Assembly (NCBI GenBank): GCA_036172245.1
Contig: JAYWIR010000021.1
Span: 2,976,001-3,040,000, forward strand
Length of the DNA stretch: 64,000 bases
Reading direction: 5' to 3'
Source: Raillietiella orientalis
Lineage: Eukaryota
Part shown: piece after piece, positions 49,701-62,557 of the stretch
How the letters are laid out: each line of letters begins with the position of its first letter
How positions within the stretch are numbered: the stretch's first letter is position 1
The notes under the pieces: generated by a model
Databases searched by the model: none
Told to the model about the DNA's origin: nothing
The model's input: only the letters and a program-made list of their open reading frames with translations
Program-made: the position numbers and the translations under genes

Positions 49701-52700
49701 AGTTTATTACTTGAATAATTTTCTTGTGTTTTGCAGCATCATTTCACTTTGCTTATAATACAAATCTGTCTCATAGTGTGGATGTGCCTGCCTCACTTAT
49801 TGTTTTCTCGTATATTTCTTTTTCTTGCAATTAAATCTTATATGGATATTTGTTATTTTAATCTTGAAAATTTTTGAATACTTGAGCTCTTAGTAAAGTT
49901 TTGCTTTGGCTTTGATCTTTTTCAATAATCAGAAAGCAAGAATTTCAGATTACAGTACCGCATCTTTGAAGCTGCTTTGTAACTCATTCATTGCTGTAAT
50001 GAATTGGCTACAAACTAATTGAAGATCTGTAAATTTTTTGCCTGTCATGCCATCATTCTGTGTAGACAACTGTTGTGTTTATTCAAAAATTCAAAGATTA
50101 TGAATTTGATTAGAGTCTAAAGTTGATAGTAATGGATTAATCAAAATTAATCTATTACTGTCAACTTTAAATTGATTTTGTTGGTTTGAGCCCACCTCCT
50201 GTTTGGCTAAATCATTATTCAGGTTTAAGAATTTCGTGAACTTAGCACTGAGCTTAAAATTTTATCAGAAACAAAAAGCATCCCATGCTATCATGATGTT
50301 TAGTATGTTTTTATAAACATTGGGATAAGCAAGTTACCTTCTTTGATATTTAGCATTGCCATTAGTAAGTGCTAGGTTAAAATAATTGTTAGAGAGTAAG
50401 GTGACTTATTCAGTATTCTTTTTTGCGATGTGTCTGAAGTCATATTCGTTTTTACTGTAGATTATTGTTAGTAATTCTGTTTAAGTTCAGCTGCTTGTTA
50501 AAATTTTATTTGTTCATTGTATCTTTTTTTATTCTATGCATTTAGGGTATTTAAAAAAATTACACACACAGCAAAAACATTACCTTCGGATTTTTACTTC
50601 CTACAAAAAATCTGCGTATTTTTACTTAGGAGATACGTTTTCTCTGGATGAATAAGATTAGAGTTAAACATAAGTTTTGAGAACTTTTGATTTGATTTGC
50701 ATTATAAATTGACCGTTATTCAATTATTGCTATATGAAGTATCTGAAGTATTCGTTATGTAATGTAGCTTGCAAAGAGTAGGATCACATTTTTTCATAAT
50801 GTGTAGTGATTTTGAACTTGTTATAATGTGCTTTCTGATTTATAGGCATGTGTCAATTGCATGAGGGGTTTACTGATTGCTATGATGGGCCAGAAAACTA
50901 AAGTAGAGCGTTTCAAAGGCTCTTTAAAACCTAATGATGCATTACATGCCAAGTACAGTTCATGTACTGCCCAGCCAGTTGTTGGTGATAGTGAATGGGG
51001 TCACTTGCAGATTGATGCTATTTCACTTTATTTACTTACTCTTGCCCAAATGACTGCATCTGGTATTTTGAACTTTTTGTTTCCATTAATAATATTTTGT
51101 AGGCCTGCAGATAATTTTCAATTTGGATGAGGTGGCTTTCATTCAAAATCTTATTTTTTATATTGAATCTGCCTACTGCATACCGGTAAGCATAACAGAT
51201 TTGGAATATTAAAAATCGATTCCAGGATTATGGCATTTGGGAACGTGGTGATAAAACAAATCATGGATTACCTGAACTTAATGCTAGTTCCATTGGCATG
51301 GCAAAAGCAGCTTTGGAAGCAATCAATGAACTTGATTTGTTTGGTTCTGGAGGAGGTCCATCCTCTATAGTACATGTTCTAGCAGATGAAGCACAGAATT
51401 GCCAAGCTGTTCTTCAGGTATTCATTTATCAACTGAAGTTTGGCTCAGTAATCATGGATCAACATCATGGATATCCAGAGTATGCTTCCTCGAGAATCTA
51501 GCTCAAAGGAAGTTGATGCTTCTTTGCTCTCTGTGATTGGCTTTCCAGCCTTTGCAGTTGATGATGTACAACTGATCAATTTAACAAGACAGACGATCGT
51601 TGATAAACTCTTTGGTCGATATGGTTGTAAGAGGTTCTTGCGTGATGGTTACAAAACTGCACGAGAAGTAGGATCTGTTGTGTTTTATTTATCATGACCT
51701 GTGCTCTCAGGATCCACAACGGTTGTATTATGAACCTTGGGAACTTAGAGCTTTCGAAAATATTGAAAGTGAATGGCCACTGTTTTTGTGTTATTTAGTA
51801 TTAGATTATCTTTTTCAAGGAGAAGAAGCATCTGCCAAAAAAATTGCAATCATGTTAGAAGAGGTTAGTAACATCCTTTATATTTTTACATAATACTGTA
51901 TATGAAAGTCGTTGCCCATTTTGAGTTATTATTTATGGATACTCAGGTTATTAAAATCTCAAGCCAGACAATTGGAGAAAATTGGCATTTTAGGCCAATT
52001 GCAAATACATCCGAGTGTAGTGCTCTGTAATCTAATCATTTCGTATTCAATCTCTTTGGATTTTAAAATGCCATTTAGATAAATTATATTATAATTATCA
52101 TACATCATTTGACTTTATAAGATTAGTGTTTTGTCAGTCATTTCTGAAACTAGAGAAAGAAATCAGCAAAATTAATTCACACTTCAACATTCATTAGAGA
52201 CTTGGAATAATTTTATGGTTGAATACTGAGCTGTTGGTTTTATGTATTTTTGCAAGTGTCATGTGTCATCGCTTTGTTGAATTCTCATATTTCATCTCAG
52301 TTTCTATTCAGTGGTAATTTTAATTATGAGATTTGTAAGTTGAGTTGTTCAATGTTTATTTAGATTTCTTGCAGATTTAATTCTTAGAAGAAGTAGAATA
52401 CTCATGTATAAGTCTATACTAACATAAATGAGATCAGAGTTAGGTTTTTAATCACGTTATTGGTTAATGTGAACACTTAAGACATATTTCATGTTTCTAC
52501 ACATGTAAGGTAACTTAGTTGCAGATCATCTTAACAGTATGAAAGTGCGTATCCTTATTGTGCTGTGATTTGATGCTTTCATTTTAGATCCTAATTCAGG
52601 ATAAACATGGACTGAAGTTAGTTCCTGAAATGTACATGGTTCCAGAAAATTTAGTACATCTGGAGTCACAAAAACCCCATTCACAGGATAGAGTTCCTGT

Positions 52701-55700
52701 AGGCAAATTGCCTTTCATGTGGGCACAGAGTTTATACATTTTGGCTAATTTGCTGCTGGAAGTAGGTTTTTATTTGTATTTGTAATGTACTATGAAGTGG
52801 ATTCTTTGTTTGATATTTGAAAGCAAAATTGTTGAATGCTAGTATTATTAATCTATGTGTTGATTAATTTCCATGTTCTCCAAAGGGATATCTTGCCCCT
52901 GGTGAACTTGATCCATTAAACCGACGTCTCAGTTCGGAAAAAAAGCCGGATGTGGTGGTCCAAGTTGTTATACTTGCTGAAAACACTATAGTTCAGGAAA
53001 AACTACAGAGTCTTAATATTCATGTTCAGACTGTAGATGAAGTGGCACCCATTGAGGTCCAACCTGCAAGAGTTTTGTCTCAACTTTATACTTATTTAGG
53101 TCATAATTTGTTTCAAGTATTTTTTATTATTTTAGTGATATTTGAGTCTAACCCCTTAAGCATTGTGTGTTCTGCTTTTTTTCTTTAATCATGTGTTTCG
53201 CATTGTATTTTCGAGAATTGTAAAAGTTCAGTTTTTCTGAATTGGTGTCAGTTGTTGCTTAACAAGTGCAGATATATAGTAAATTTCAGGAGTGTTGCTA
53301 ACAATTTTTTTTTAATTTAGCAATGCATTTACCCTTGCTATATATGAAAAAAATTTAACCTTGACCTTCGTGTCCTTGAAATTTTGCATGAAGTTGTGTT
53401 GTAATTGTGTAATTGGTGATTAATTACATTGGCGAGTTGGCTTGAATAACTTTTACACAACCTTGAAGCTAGAATCCTTATAAATGCCTTTTGAAGGTGT
53501 TCCTAAATGATTTTCCGGACTTGATTAACCTATATACGGATTTAAAAAATTTGAGATTCGAAATTTTCTGAAGAAAGAAGTTTTGTTTTCTGCAAATCTG
53601 ATTACATCTGTAGTTAAAATGTGTTTAGTACATGTAGGGAGAGTTGTGGAGATACATAACCATAATGAATATGGAATAGTAAATGAAACAGTCACACTTT
53701 GTCCTTTTAAGAATTCTGAAGGCAATTTAAAATTGATTATCTTTGGAATCATGGTGGTGGTGCATTTTGCAAAACTGGAAAACTTGTTTTGTGAATGAAC
53801 CCTTGTTGAATGTCAAACAGCATCAGAAACAGAAAACAGCAGCATTGAAAAATATCGAAATTTCATTTTCTATTTTGAGACAAGTGTGCAAATCAGATTG
53901 CTGACATGCATCTCTGTTTTGTTGTATTCTTGTAAACTTTGGATCAGAATGAGTTCTTAGGATAGTAATTTATCATTGGTACTCAATTCTTTTGTAGGTT
54001 CCAAGAAACGTTCAAGCCACATAATCTATTTATTGTGAAAATTTTCAGAGACGTCAAGTAATGCAAGTAATATTTTAGGTTATAACAAAAAACTTGGTTT
54101 AACAGGACGCAAATCCAGTAATGTGGGTATCTTGAGTACCAGCAAGCTTTATTCCCTACAAGATCGCTTATTTGCATTTACTCCTCAGGTAACTAAGCAT
54201 TCTTCAGTACTGATATGCATTAAATTGATTAAGTACTTGTTTCATTTAAAATTGGGATATTTCTCTAAATTTCAAACATGTCTTCTCTTTTAGTAAGTGA
54301 ATGTGTATATACCTTTCTTTATGGGGAAATGTTTTGCTTTGAATAGTTCATTTTTAAATATAAACATAAAATTCAAGCGCTAATCTTCTGTGAAAATTGT
54401 ATGGTCACATTAAATTCTTAGATTTTTTTTTTTTGCATCTGTTATTAAGTAAGAATGTTTTCTATTTAGCACTTTATTTTCCAGAAAATGTCCTATTAAC
54501 CAGGACAATAACAATATCACTTCCCTTTATTGCCCAGTAATGTACCTTTAATTTAGTTTTATGAGAGAAATTCTTAATAAATTAAAAGGTTTCTTTGATA
54601 AAGATACTGTATTCTATCAAATCTAAGCTAAGAGGCCCACACTCTGATCACAGCTCATCCATGAATTCCGATTACCTTTTCACTTGACCCATCTTTCCCT
54701 CTGTTTAGTTAATCTCAGTGTTTCTAACCTCAATTTCTACAAAGAATGGATTAATGCTCTGACTAAGAATGGAAATCGACCCAATACATAGGAAAAGATA
54801 ATGAAAGGTCACGATCTTTTCCTATCCTGTTATTACATCCATGCCAAACCGGAATTCATTCCTGATTCAGGATTACATATATGCATGCCCAAAACATAAA
54901 TAACTAAATTTTGAACTAATTGGAATCCATTAAAAATAATATCTGTCAGCAAATTTTGGAATTAATCCACTACAAGAATAATGACAGTTTTGGAATCTTG
55001 TCATGTTATCTGTAGTGTTTAAACTGAATAGAACTGCTGGATGATGTTTGTTTTGGTGTGTGTGAAAGATTATTGAAGAATTTTTACTCCTCATAGTCGC
55101 AGACTTACTTGGATTGTTTCCATAGCTTTCCAAAATTTACAATAAAGGAAATATCAATCATAATCTTCCATGTAGTCCATGTAGTAATTACAACTTTAAT
55201 GAGTCACTTTCTTGTTATATTTTTAGAGTAAGTTTTTCACTGCCCCCAATCAACATTCATTATATAATCAGTTCTATACCTAAAAGCAATCTTCCATATT
55301 TGGTACCTAATGTGGTTTGTCACATTAACATTTGTTATGATATAAGCTTTCATAAGCATTTTGAATCAGTATATTCTTGTGTGTTAAATTATTGCAGCGA
55401 ATGTAAACCAAATTCGTGTTTTGTTTGATTTTCATTTATTTTGGTTTTTTGTTGTAGTTTATGGACCAAAAAAGATTTTATATTGTCTGTGATACTGAAT
55501 TGCTGATAGACATATTTATGAACGAATTAAACTTCCTGCAGACATCATGGAAACAGCAGTTGGGGCGCCCTTTAGTGATTAAAGTAATAAAGAATACAAT
55601 ATGTGGTAAGTAATAATCATTGCATTTTGAATATAAGTACAACTGGAATGATACACTATTTTTGGAATAAATAGCTTTTACACTGCTGATTATCAGGAAT

Positions 55701-58700
55701 TTCGTGTTTTTCTGTGCCAATGCAGTTTATAAATAAACAGAAAAGCAGAAAATATTTATTACATGGTTCTAAGGATATTAAATCATTTTGATCTGCATAG
55801 GTGTGCAGATGCATGTTAAGAAATCTCTTGTTGATAAGTCCTTTAGAATTTTTTCATTTCGTGAATTGAGTTAAAATTTCCACTTTTGTTTCTTATTTGT
55901 CTTTCATTAAAGGAATACATTTTTAGATGAAGGAGGAATTCCCAATGCCATTGTTTCTTTGTTAAAAAGATTGAAAAGTGGATATGCAAATGGAACTAGG
56001 TAATGTTAGGTTTCTTTTTTTCTGGTTTCGTATTTGTATTTTTTTTTTTGTCTCTGAAGATGCTTTGAAAATGTTAAATGCGAATCTTCATGTCTTAAAA
56101 CTTTTTCTGCTATTGGGACATCTTCATTATTTGATAAAGTATACACACTGATTGTTGTAAATTTTCATATAGTTTCATTAAATAAATACTTCCCTTTTGT
56201 TCAGATTATCTATTATTACACATAAAAGATATATTTCTTTCCTTTTTTCAAGACTGGAGTGTGTCCTGGTAATTGTTCATTTTTACTGACTGAATTTTAT
56301 CTATTAAATCTTTCTATCCACAACATACAAAGCGTATTTCCTTAACAGATGGTATTTAAAACCTTAATTTTTACGTTTAGACTTGATGTTGCGTTTGCAT
56401 GTTTTTAAAGTTTACATGTATGTAGAATTTATATGTACACTTCAACACATGTGGGCATTTTTACATTTAAATCATTAGTATTGAAAAATTTCTAAATAAG
56501 TTCAATACATGTATTTAGCTTTTCAGTTGGCATTTTGCAATTGTATGCATAAATTTTCAATTTCCCAGTCTAATTGTTTCTTATATAGATTTGTTTTAAT
56601 GGTGTAAATTAAAGTAAATTTAACATTTTAATATACTCATTAGTTGTCCATAATTTTTCTGGAAGTTACACATATTACTTCAAAAAGTAGAGAAAATTTA
56701 CTGAATATTTACATAAAATTAAGCATTTAAAGTGGAAAACGATATTTTTTATATATTCTCAATTGGTCAACTACTTATGTCATATATACATATGAGGAAT
56801 TTTTTGTGTGAAAGCGATGTTTCTGAGTTTTAGTAAATTTCACTAACTACAAATCGAGGACACGAATTTTTTCTTACATTTGGTTGTGTTTCTGTTCAGT
56901 TTCTGTACGAGTTGTGCATGTTTCCATTATAATATAAAATCATAAAAAATATGAAAGTGGTAATTGCTATCTAACACAGAATAAATGATATCGTAACCGA
57001 TGTTTCTAACAGTTACTGTCAACAAAATTCCCCCATTTTGTTGAACACAAGTCAAGTGCCTATACGTTAACTGTTGTATTGTTATCTATTTTTGTTGTAT
57101 TATTAATTCATTGATACTAGTGCCATTTACAACTGCTTTTCTCAATGCCTTGACTCTTGTTTCTAGATGACATTTTTTCTCTTTTGTTATCAATACTTTC
57201 GGAATTGTTAGGACTTCCAGTGTTTAATATTAATCCTAAATATTAGACATAATTATGCACTAAATCAGTAAAAATGCATAAGCATGCATTTTTACTGATT
57301 TATTGTTTCTTATATAGCCTATGGGGATTCATCATTGTTCAGGATGAAAGATCAACACTCACCTGATGAATGAGTGAAGGCAAAAAATATTTGCATAGCT
57401 TTGTAATTAGGTTTTGCAGTTGTAAGTTTATAATTTTTTGTGCAAGATTCGTGATGATGAGTAGGGATCATATTAATAATTATGTGCTGTTTTTGTAGAA
57501 TCGTTTTTATAAACTTGTCATCATTGTTTTTAGCACAAAAATTCAGTCATTTCTATCTTGAACTATGGATTGTATTTTCTTTTTGTATTCTATGGAAATT
57601 TACATTCAATTTTGTTATGTCGATTTTTTATAAATCTAATGCCCTGTTAGACTTTAGTGGAAAGCATGGGGAGTGTTTGTTCCACGTTTTTTTCTGAAGT
57701 AATCATCTGGCAGTCTCATTTATGTAGTACATAAGGGAAAATTCAGGTTTGTACATTCTTTAATAAAATTTAATGGTTGTTCAATCTGTGATTGTTATAA
57801 TATTGATGGTAAGCTGGTTCTTATGCAAAAAACTTAATGAGTATTTCTTGATACATCCTTTTCCAAGTCATCATTTATGATCATCATTTTGAAATTAATG
57901 TTTCTGTTCAGTTTGATTACATGAGCTTTTAAAACTACAATGGAGATAAATGACTGCTCCCATCAGTGTGTGTATCCATACATATGACATGCTATACAAA
58001 TAGCGTATTCCAAGTTATGCAGGAAGCTTGTTATCCAGAAGAATTTTTTCTTACAAACTGTGTAAAAATGTGGTTGTTTCGGCAGATGTCTATGCAAGTG
58101 TATATGATGTCAAGCACTTTATGGCTTGAAACCTATGTTTTTGGACAGAAACATATGGAGGACAGAAAGTTTTGTGGTTTTCTCAATGCATAAAAATTAA
58201 CAATGATGCAATGTTTGTATTAATATTTGTTATAACTATTATTTTGTTATGACCATCATTACAAATTGGAGCAATTTTGAAACTACATAAAAATTTCTGT
58301 CAAATTAACTTTTCATTTTCCCAATTAACTATCAAAATACAAGTGAGCCTGTTGAGTATATGTAGCTACATGGAATCTTTATGAATTCACCTTTGTACCC
58401 TTACAGACTGAAGACTGCATGATGCTCAGTGTTTTTTCTGACCCGCTATTCTTTGTGTCCATTATAGTAAGTACCTTTCTTCCCACAGTAACATCTGCTT
58501 CTTTATATGTTATTGCTTTTTGAAAGTTAACATCAGTGGAGTGTTATTCTAGCATTAAAAATTTCTTTTCGAGACTGTTAAAAATTAATGACTTAATGCT
58601 GTGGATATTTTTCGGTAAAGTGGATACAGCATTGGTAAAAAGCAATTTGGGTATCTGGGAATAATTTTTGTGAATGACCATATCTTATATGAAGTTGAAT

Positions 58701-61175
58701 CGTTTAAATATCCAATTAGCAGAACTTTTCATTTAGGCAAAATCTGTATCATTTCGTTTGTGTCATTGAAATTGTATTTTTTTACAATTAGTGAAAATAT
58801 TTCAATCACGAAAATATGCAAAAGTTTTTTAATTTTATAGCGTCTTCTTTGAGATGTACATGTTATATATAATTTGCGGTTTCTCTCACAGAACATTATA
58901 CTTTCGTATAACGTTCTTTCAAGTGTAGTTGTAAAACTTGATTATTGAAACTTTTGGTGAATTGATTTTTACATATACATATTTTTACCTCTAATGAATG
59001 TACATACATAAGCACAATAATCAAGGCATAACTGACACTACGTCCTAAATGTGTATGTATAATTAAGGTGATTTGAATGATTATTCATGTCATACAAATA
59101 CACGCCAAAATAACATTTGTACAAAGATAGTAGATTTCGTACATTTTTAATTTTAGTATTACTTTAGAGTGGCTTTGGGAAATATCTCCGATTTTCTTAA
59201 TACTTCCTGCATCACCGATCTAAGCTTTCTTGGAAATCACGAGGACGGAAGCCCAGAAGGTATATTATACATTTCATTTAAATATCTTATGAATCAATTA
59301 GTTCTCAGTTCACGAGTCCGGAAATATCTGGAGAGTCATCTGCAAAAGTCACTGATATTTGATGATTATTTAAGACCTTGCCATCAGACTTCAAAAAAAT
59401 ACGTGATTCAACGTGGAAGAAGGCTATCCATTAAAGGCAGTATTCGTCGTAGTTGTAGTATTGCCATTCCGAATCAAGAATTGGATACAGGTTTGCAAAG
59501 TATTTGTCATCTTATGTTGCAGCTATTAGAGAAGTCAACTTTTGCATATACATCTTTGCTTAGAACCTTCTGATGCCACCAATTATGTCATAGCCGATAG
59601 TCGGCAGTGTGTGAGAAATACGATGCATAGAACAAGTGAAGAAGATGTGGATAAAGAAGAACTTGAAGAATTGCAAAACATGAGTAGATCGCATCCTGGC
59701 TTCGAGCTCCCATACAATAAAACAGAGGTTGAAGATCTGTTTGCTGCTTTTCGTGATTCAGAAAGTCTTGAAGAGCAAGGAGATATTTTGCACTTTCTTG
59801 TGAATACTCATGGATTGAAACTGGACACAGGGATGGGCACTCCAGATCATCCAACCACTGTTCATGATCTATTGAAAGAACTATATGATAAAGCTTGTCA
59901 AAAAAGACATTGGGCGTTAGTACGCCATTTAGCTGGAATGTTGGGTAAACGTGTAGAAGATCTCTCTAAAGCAGTTACAGATTTATTGGTGCGTCAGAAG
60001 CAAGTCACTGTGGGTATGCCACCTGATCACGAACAAACAATTGTGGCACCCATGCCTCTTAACGAACTTAGACACTTAATTCAGGCAGCTTATGGTGACG
60101 ATAAGAGCTCAGCAATGCTAACCCAAGAGTTGATCTTTTACTTGGCAATGTTTATTCGTACAGAACCTCAATTGTTCTCTGAAGTTTTAAGAGTGCGTGT
60201 TGGGCTGCTTATTCAAGTAATGGCACTGGAGCTAGCCAGAAGCCTACGTTGTTCTGGTGATGAAGCTTCAGAACATCTCCTTAATCTGTCTCCTTTTGAA
60301 ATGAAAACACTTTTACATCACATAATGAGTGGTAAAGAGTTAGTACTAGACAGTGGTGAGTTAGAAAGTTATCAGGAGAAAGACTAATCCTTTGCAGCTC
60401 AGAGTGGTGCTAAAGTTTTGCTAAGCAGTAATCCTGCTGGGTTAGAACACTTATTATTAAACCAAAATAAAGCAGAAGTTGACCGACAAGGGCAATGGCT
60501 AAGACGACGTAAACTTGATGGTGCCCTTAATCGTGTCCCTACAAGGTTTTATTCTCAAATGTGGCGGTTACTGGAAAGAGTAAGCTAACTGATAATCCTA
60601 TTTTCTCATACGTTCATGTAGTGTCAAGGATTAGCCATTGAAGGTAAAGTGTTGTCACATTCTCTGACAGAAGAGGTCAGTAACGTATTGTTTTAATAAT
60701 CTTACATGTTATAACAGATGACTTCTGGAGAAATGAAGTTTGCTTTGCATGTGGAAACACTGTTGAATACAATACTTCAACCAGAATATCGACAGTTAAT
60801 TGTTGAAGCTTTGATGGTATTGTGTCTAATGCCTGAACACAATGTCATTGTCAACTTGAATGAAATTATCAATGTAGAACAGATAGTACATGCAGCAAAC
60901 AAACTGTTTTTAGAAGATCAGGTAAGGAAAAATGAAAATTCTTTCAAAGGGTACTCTAATTTAAAATGCTGCAGAAAAAGTTTCAAGGTGATGCTACACT
61001 ATGCTGTGTACATAACCCTCCTAGTCCATGTGGAGGAGCTGCTTATATTTGCAAGCACTTCTATAATAGTGCCCCTAGTGGATCATATGGCACAATTTCA
61101 TATTTATTAAAAGCAGCTGCCTGCACTTTAAGTTTCTTCCCAACTGATGGAGAAATTGATTGTACTATAAGCTGA
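46711..61175 (+). CDS. PHKA: Phosphorylase b kinase regulatory subunit alpha, ~19 exons
   Basis: [15 protein letters not shown] (46711-46788); DPVTGL...AWIRDNVY...YELEQ (47558-47716); [110 protein letters not shown]-terminal CaaX box CTIS*. All junctions read were GT-AG. Confidence 0.96.
49240..49280. repeat. Short (TA)n/(TACA)n microsatellite in PHKA intron 2
   Basis: Directly visible: ATATATATATATACATACATACATACACATATATATG. Confidence 0.7.
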
Positions 61176-61225
61176 CTGCTTTAATGTAAAGCATTATATA
61201 TCAGTGCATCAGTTTTAAGAATGTT

Positions 61226-62557
61226 TTAAGATACAGATACTTTCTGGTTCTTTTGCTTTGCCTTATACCATGGGAATTTCGATGTCCTAAAATAATTACT
61301 AGAAAGAAGGAGCACTTTCAGAGTAGATTGCTTACTGTTTTTGCACTTGTTGAAAGTATTGTATGGTTTCTGCCCTGAACTGATGTTTAAGAGGTGTTGG
61401 CACTTTTTTCATTTCCTCTTCCCTCATAAGCTTCAAACCTGCTTCATGCAAAGTAAGTCCATACCATTCTGCTGCTTCTCTCTGTAATGCTAATTAGCTA
61501 CTGCTATGTATAAAGAGTACAAATTACTGGCACAAGGTGCTCCTTGTATTTCTCATAAACTTCATTCTGTTTCTGTGGGTTATCTGGATACATAGTTTTA
61601 TCTAACAATGTCAGCAAGAGTGTCCGCTTCAGTCTCAGCGCTAAAAGAGAGTGCAGATCACAAGCACGAGACTGCTGATTATTAGCAGAAAAGGAGAAAC
61701 ATAATACTGACCTTGAGTAAATAGAAATCAAAACCAAAATGTTCATCAATCCTTTGCAGTGCTGTTGAGGTGATAACAACACTTAAATGTTTATTGAGAA
61801 TTTCACTATACACCACAGAATTGAACAACTGGGGAAACCAAAACCTGGGCATTCGACCTCTCCATTTGTGAGGTTGTCGAAATCCCTGCAGTATTCCTTC
61901 ACCACCCCAAATACCATCATCAGCTTCATATGGATATTTCACATAAATCGGGCAATTTTGAACTGGTTCACTACACGAAAAAGAAAAAAAAATTCAAAAA
62001 CTGCTATGAATGATCAATTTTTGAAACCAAGTTCCAAAAATTGTTGATTGTCTTTCTTTCATATTAAGCAAAACACTTACACTGCATCAACATGTGCATG
62101 TTTTCGGAAAATTCCTCATTAAAATATATGTCCTAGCATGAAGATATTAAATCGAGTTTTCATATGTAAATATTCGGAAGACATTATCAATATCCACCAA
62201 TATTTCTTCTAGCCAACATACAAAAATTTTGCCGAATCTCAATCATTAAAATTAAAAAATGATGCACGCAGTGAACATTATTCAGACATGAAATACTTGC
62301 ATAAGTAAGTACTTGAATTTTAACAAACTACAATCAAGCATACTGACAATAGGTACCAAAAAATTTTTCGTTGTCAACTTTTCTCACATTGTTCCATCAT
62401 CCCTTCTATTCCATTTTCCCTGTTGGGGTACGTAGTGTACGGGCAGTGGTTCTTCTCTTTTCCACTCGATGAAAAACTTTTTGTATGCTTCTGGGAAACG
62501 ACTTAGCATGCGATCTTCCCACAGCTTACGATACGTGAAGTAAGCGTGCTTCCCCAT
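61226..62557 (-). CDS. MRPL28: Mitochondrial ribosomal protein L28 (bL28m), 4-5 exons
   Basis: SRFPEAYKKF...PVHYVP (62557-62388); PVQNCPI...GIWGGEG...PRFWFPQL...YSEILNK...RIDEHFGFDFYLLK (61970-61712); ACDLHSLLALRLKR; EAAEWYGLTLHEA. The stop is at 61334-61332 if unspliced, or at 61228-61226 via a 50-nt GTAAGC...TTTTAG intron. Confidence 0.92.

Noticed and set aside
53998..54060. Alternative upstream acceptor (TTTGTAG) before a PHKA exon
   Set aside because: It would introduce an in-frame TGA, and such sites are frequent in AT-rich introns; no support.
57340..57460. CTGATGA and GTGATGA motifs suggesting a hammerhead ribozyme or C/D snoRNA in a PHKA intron
   Set aside because: No stem II plus GAAA core, and no suitably placed D box or terminal stem.
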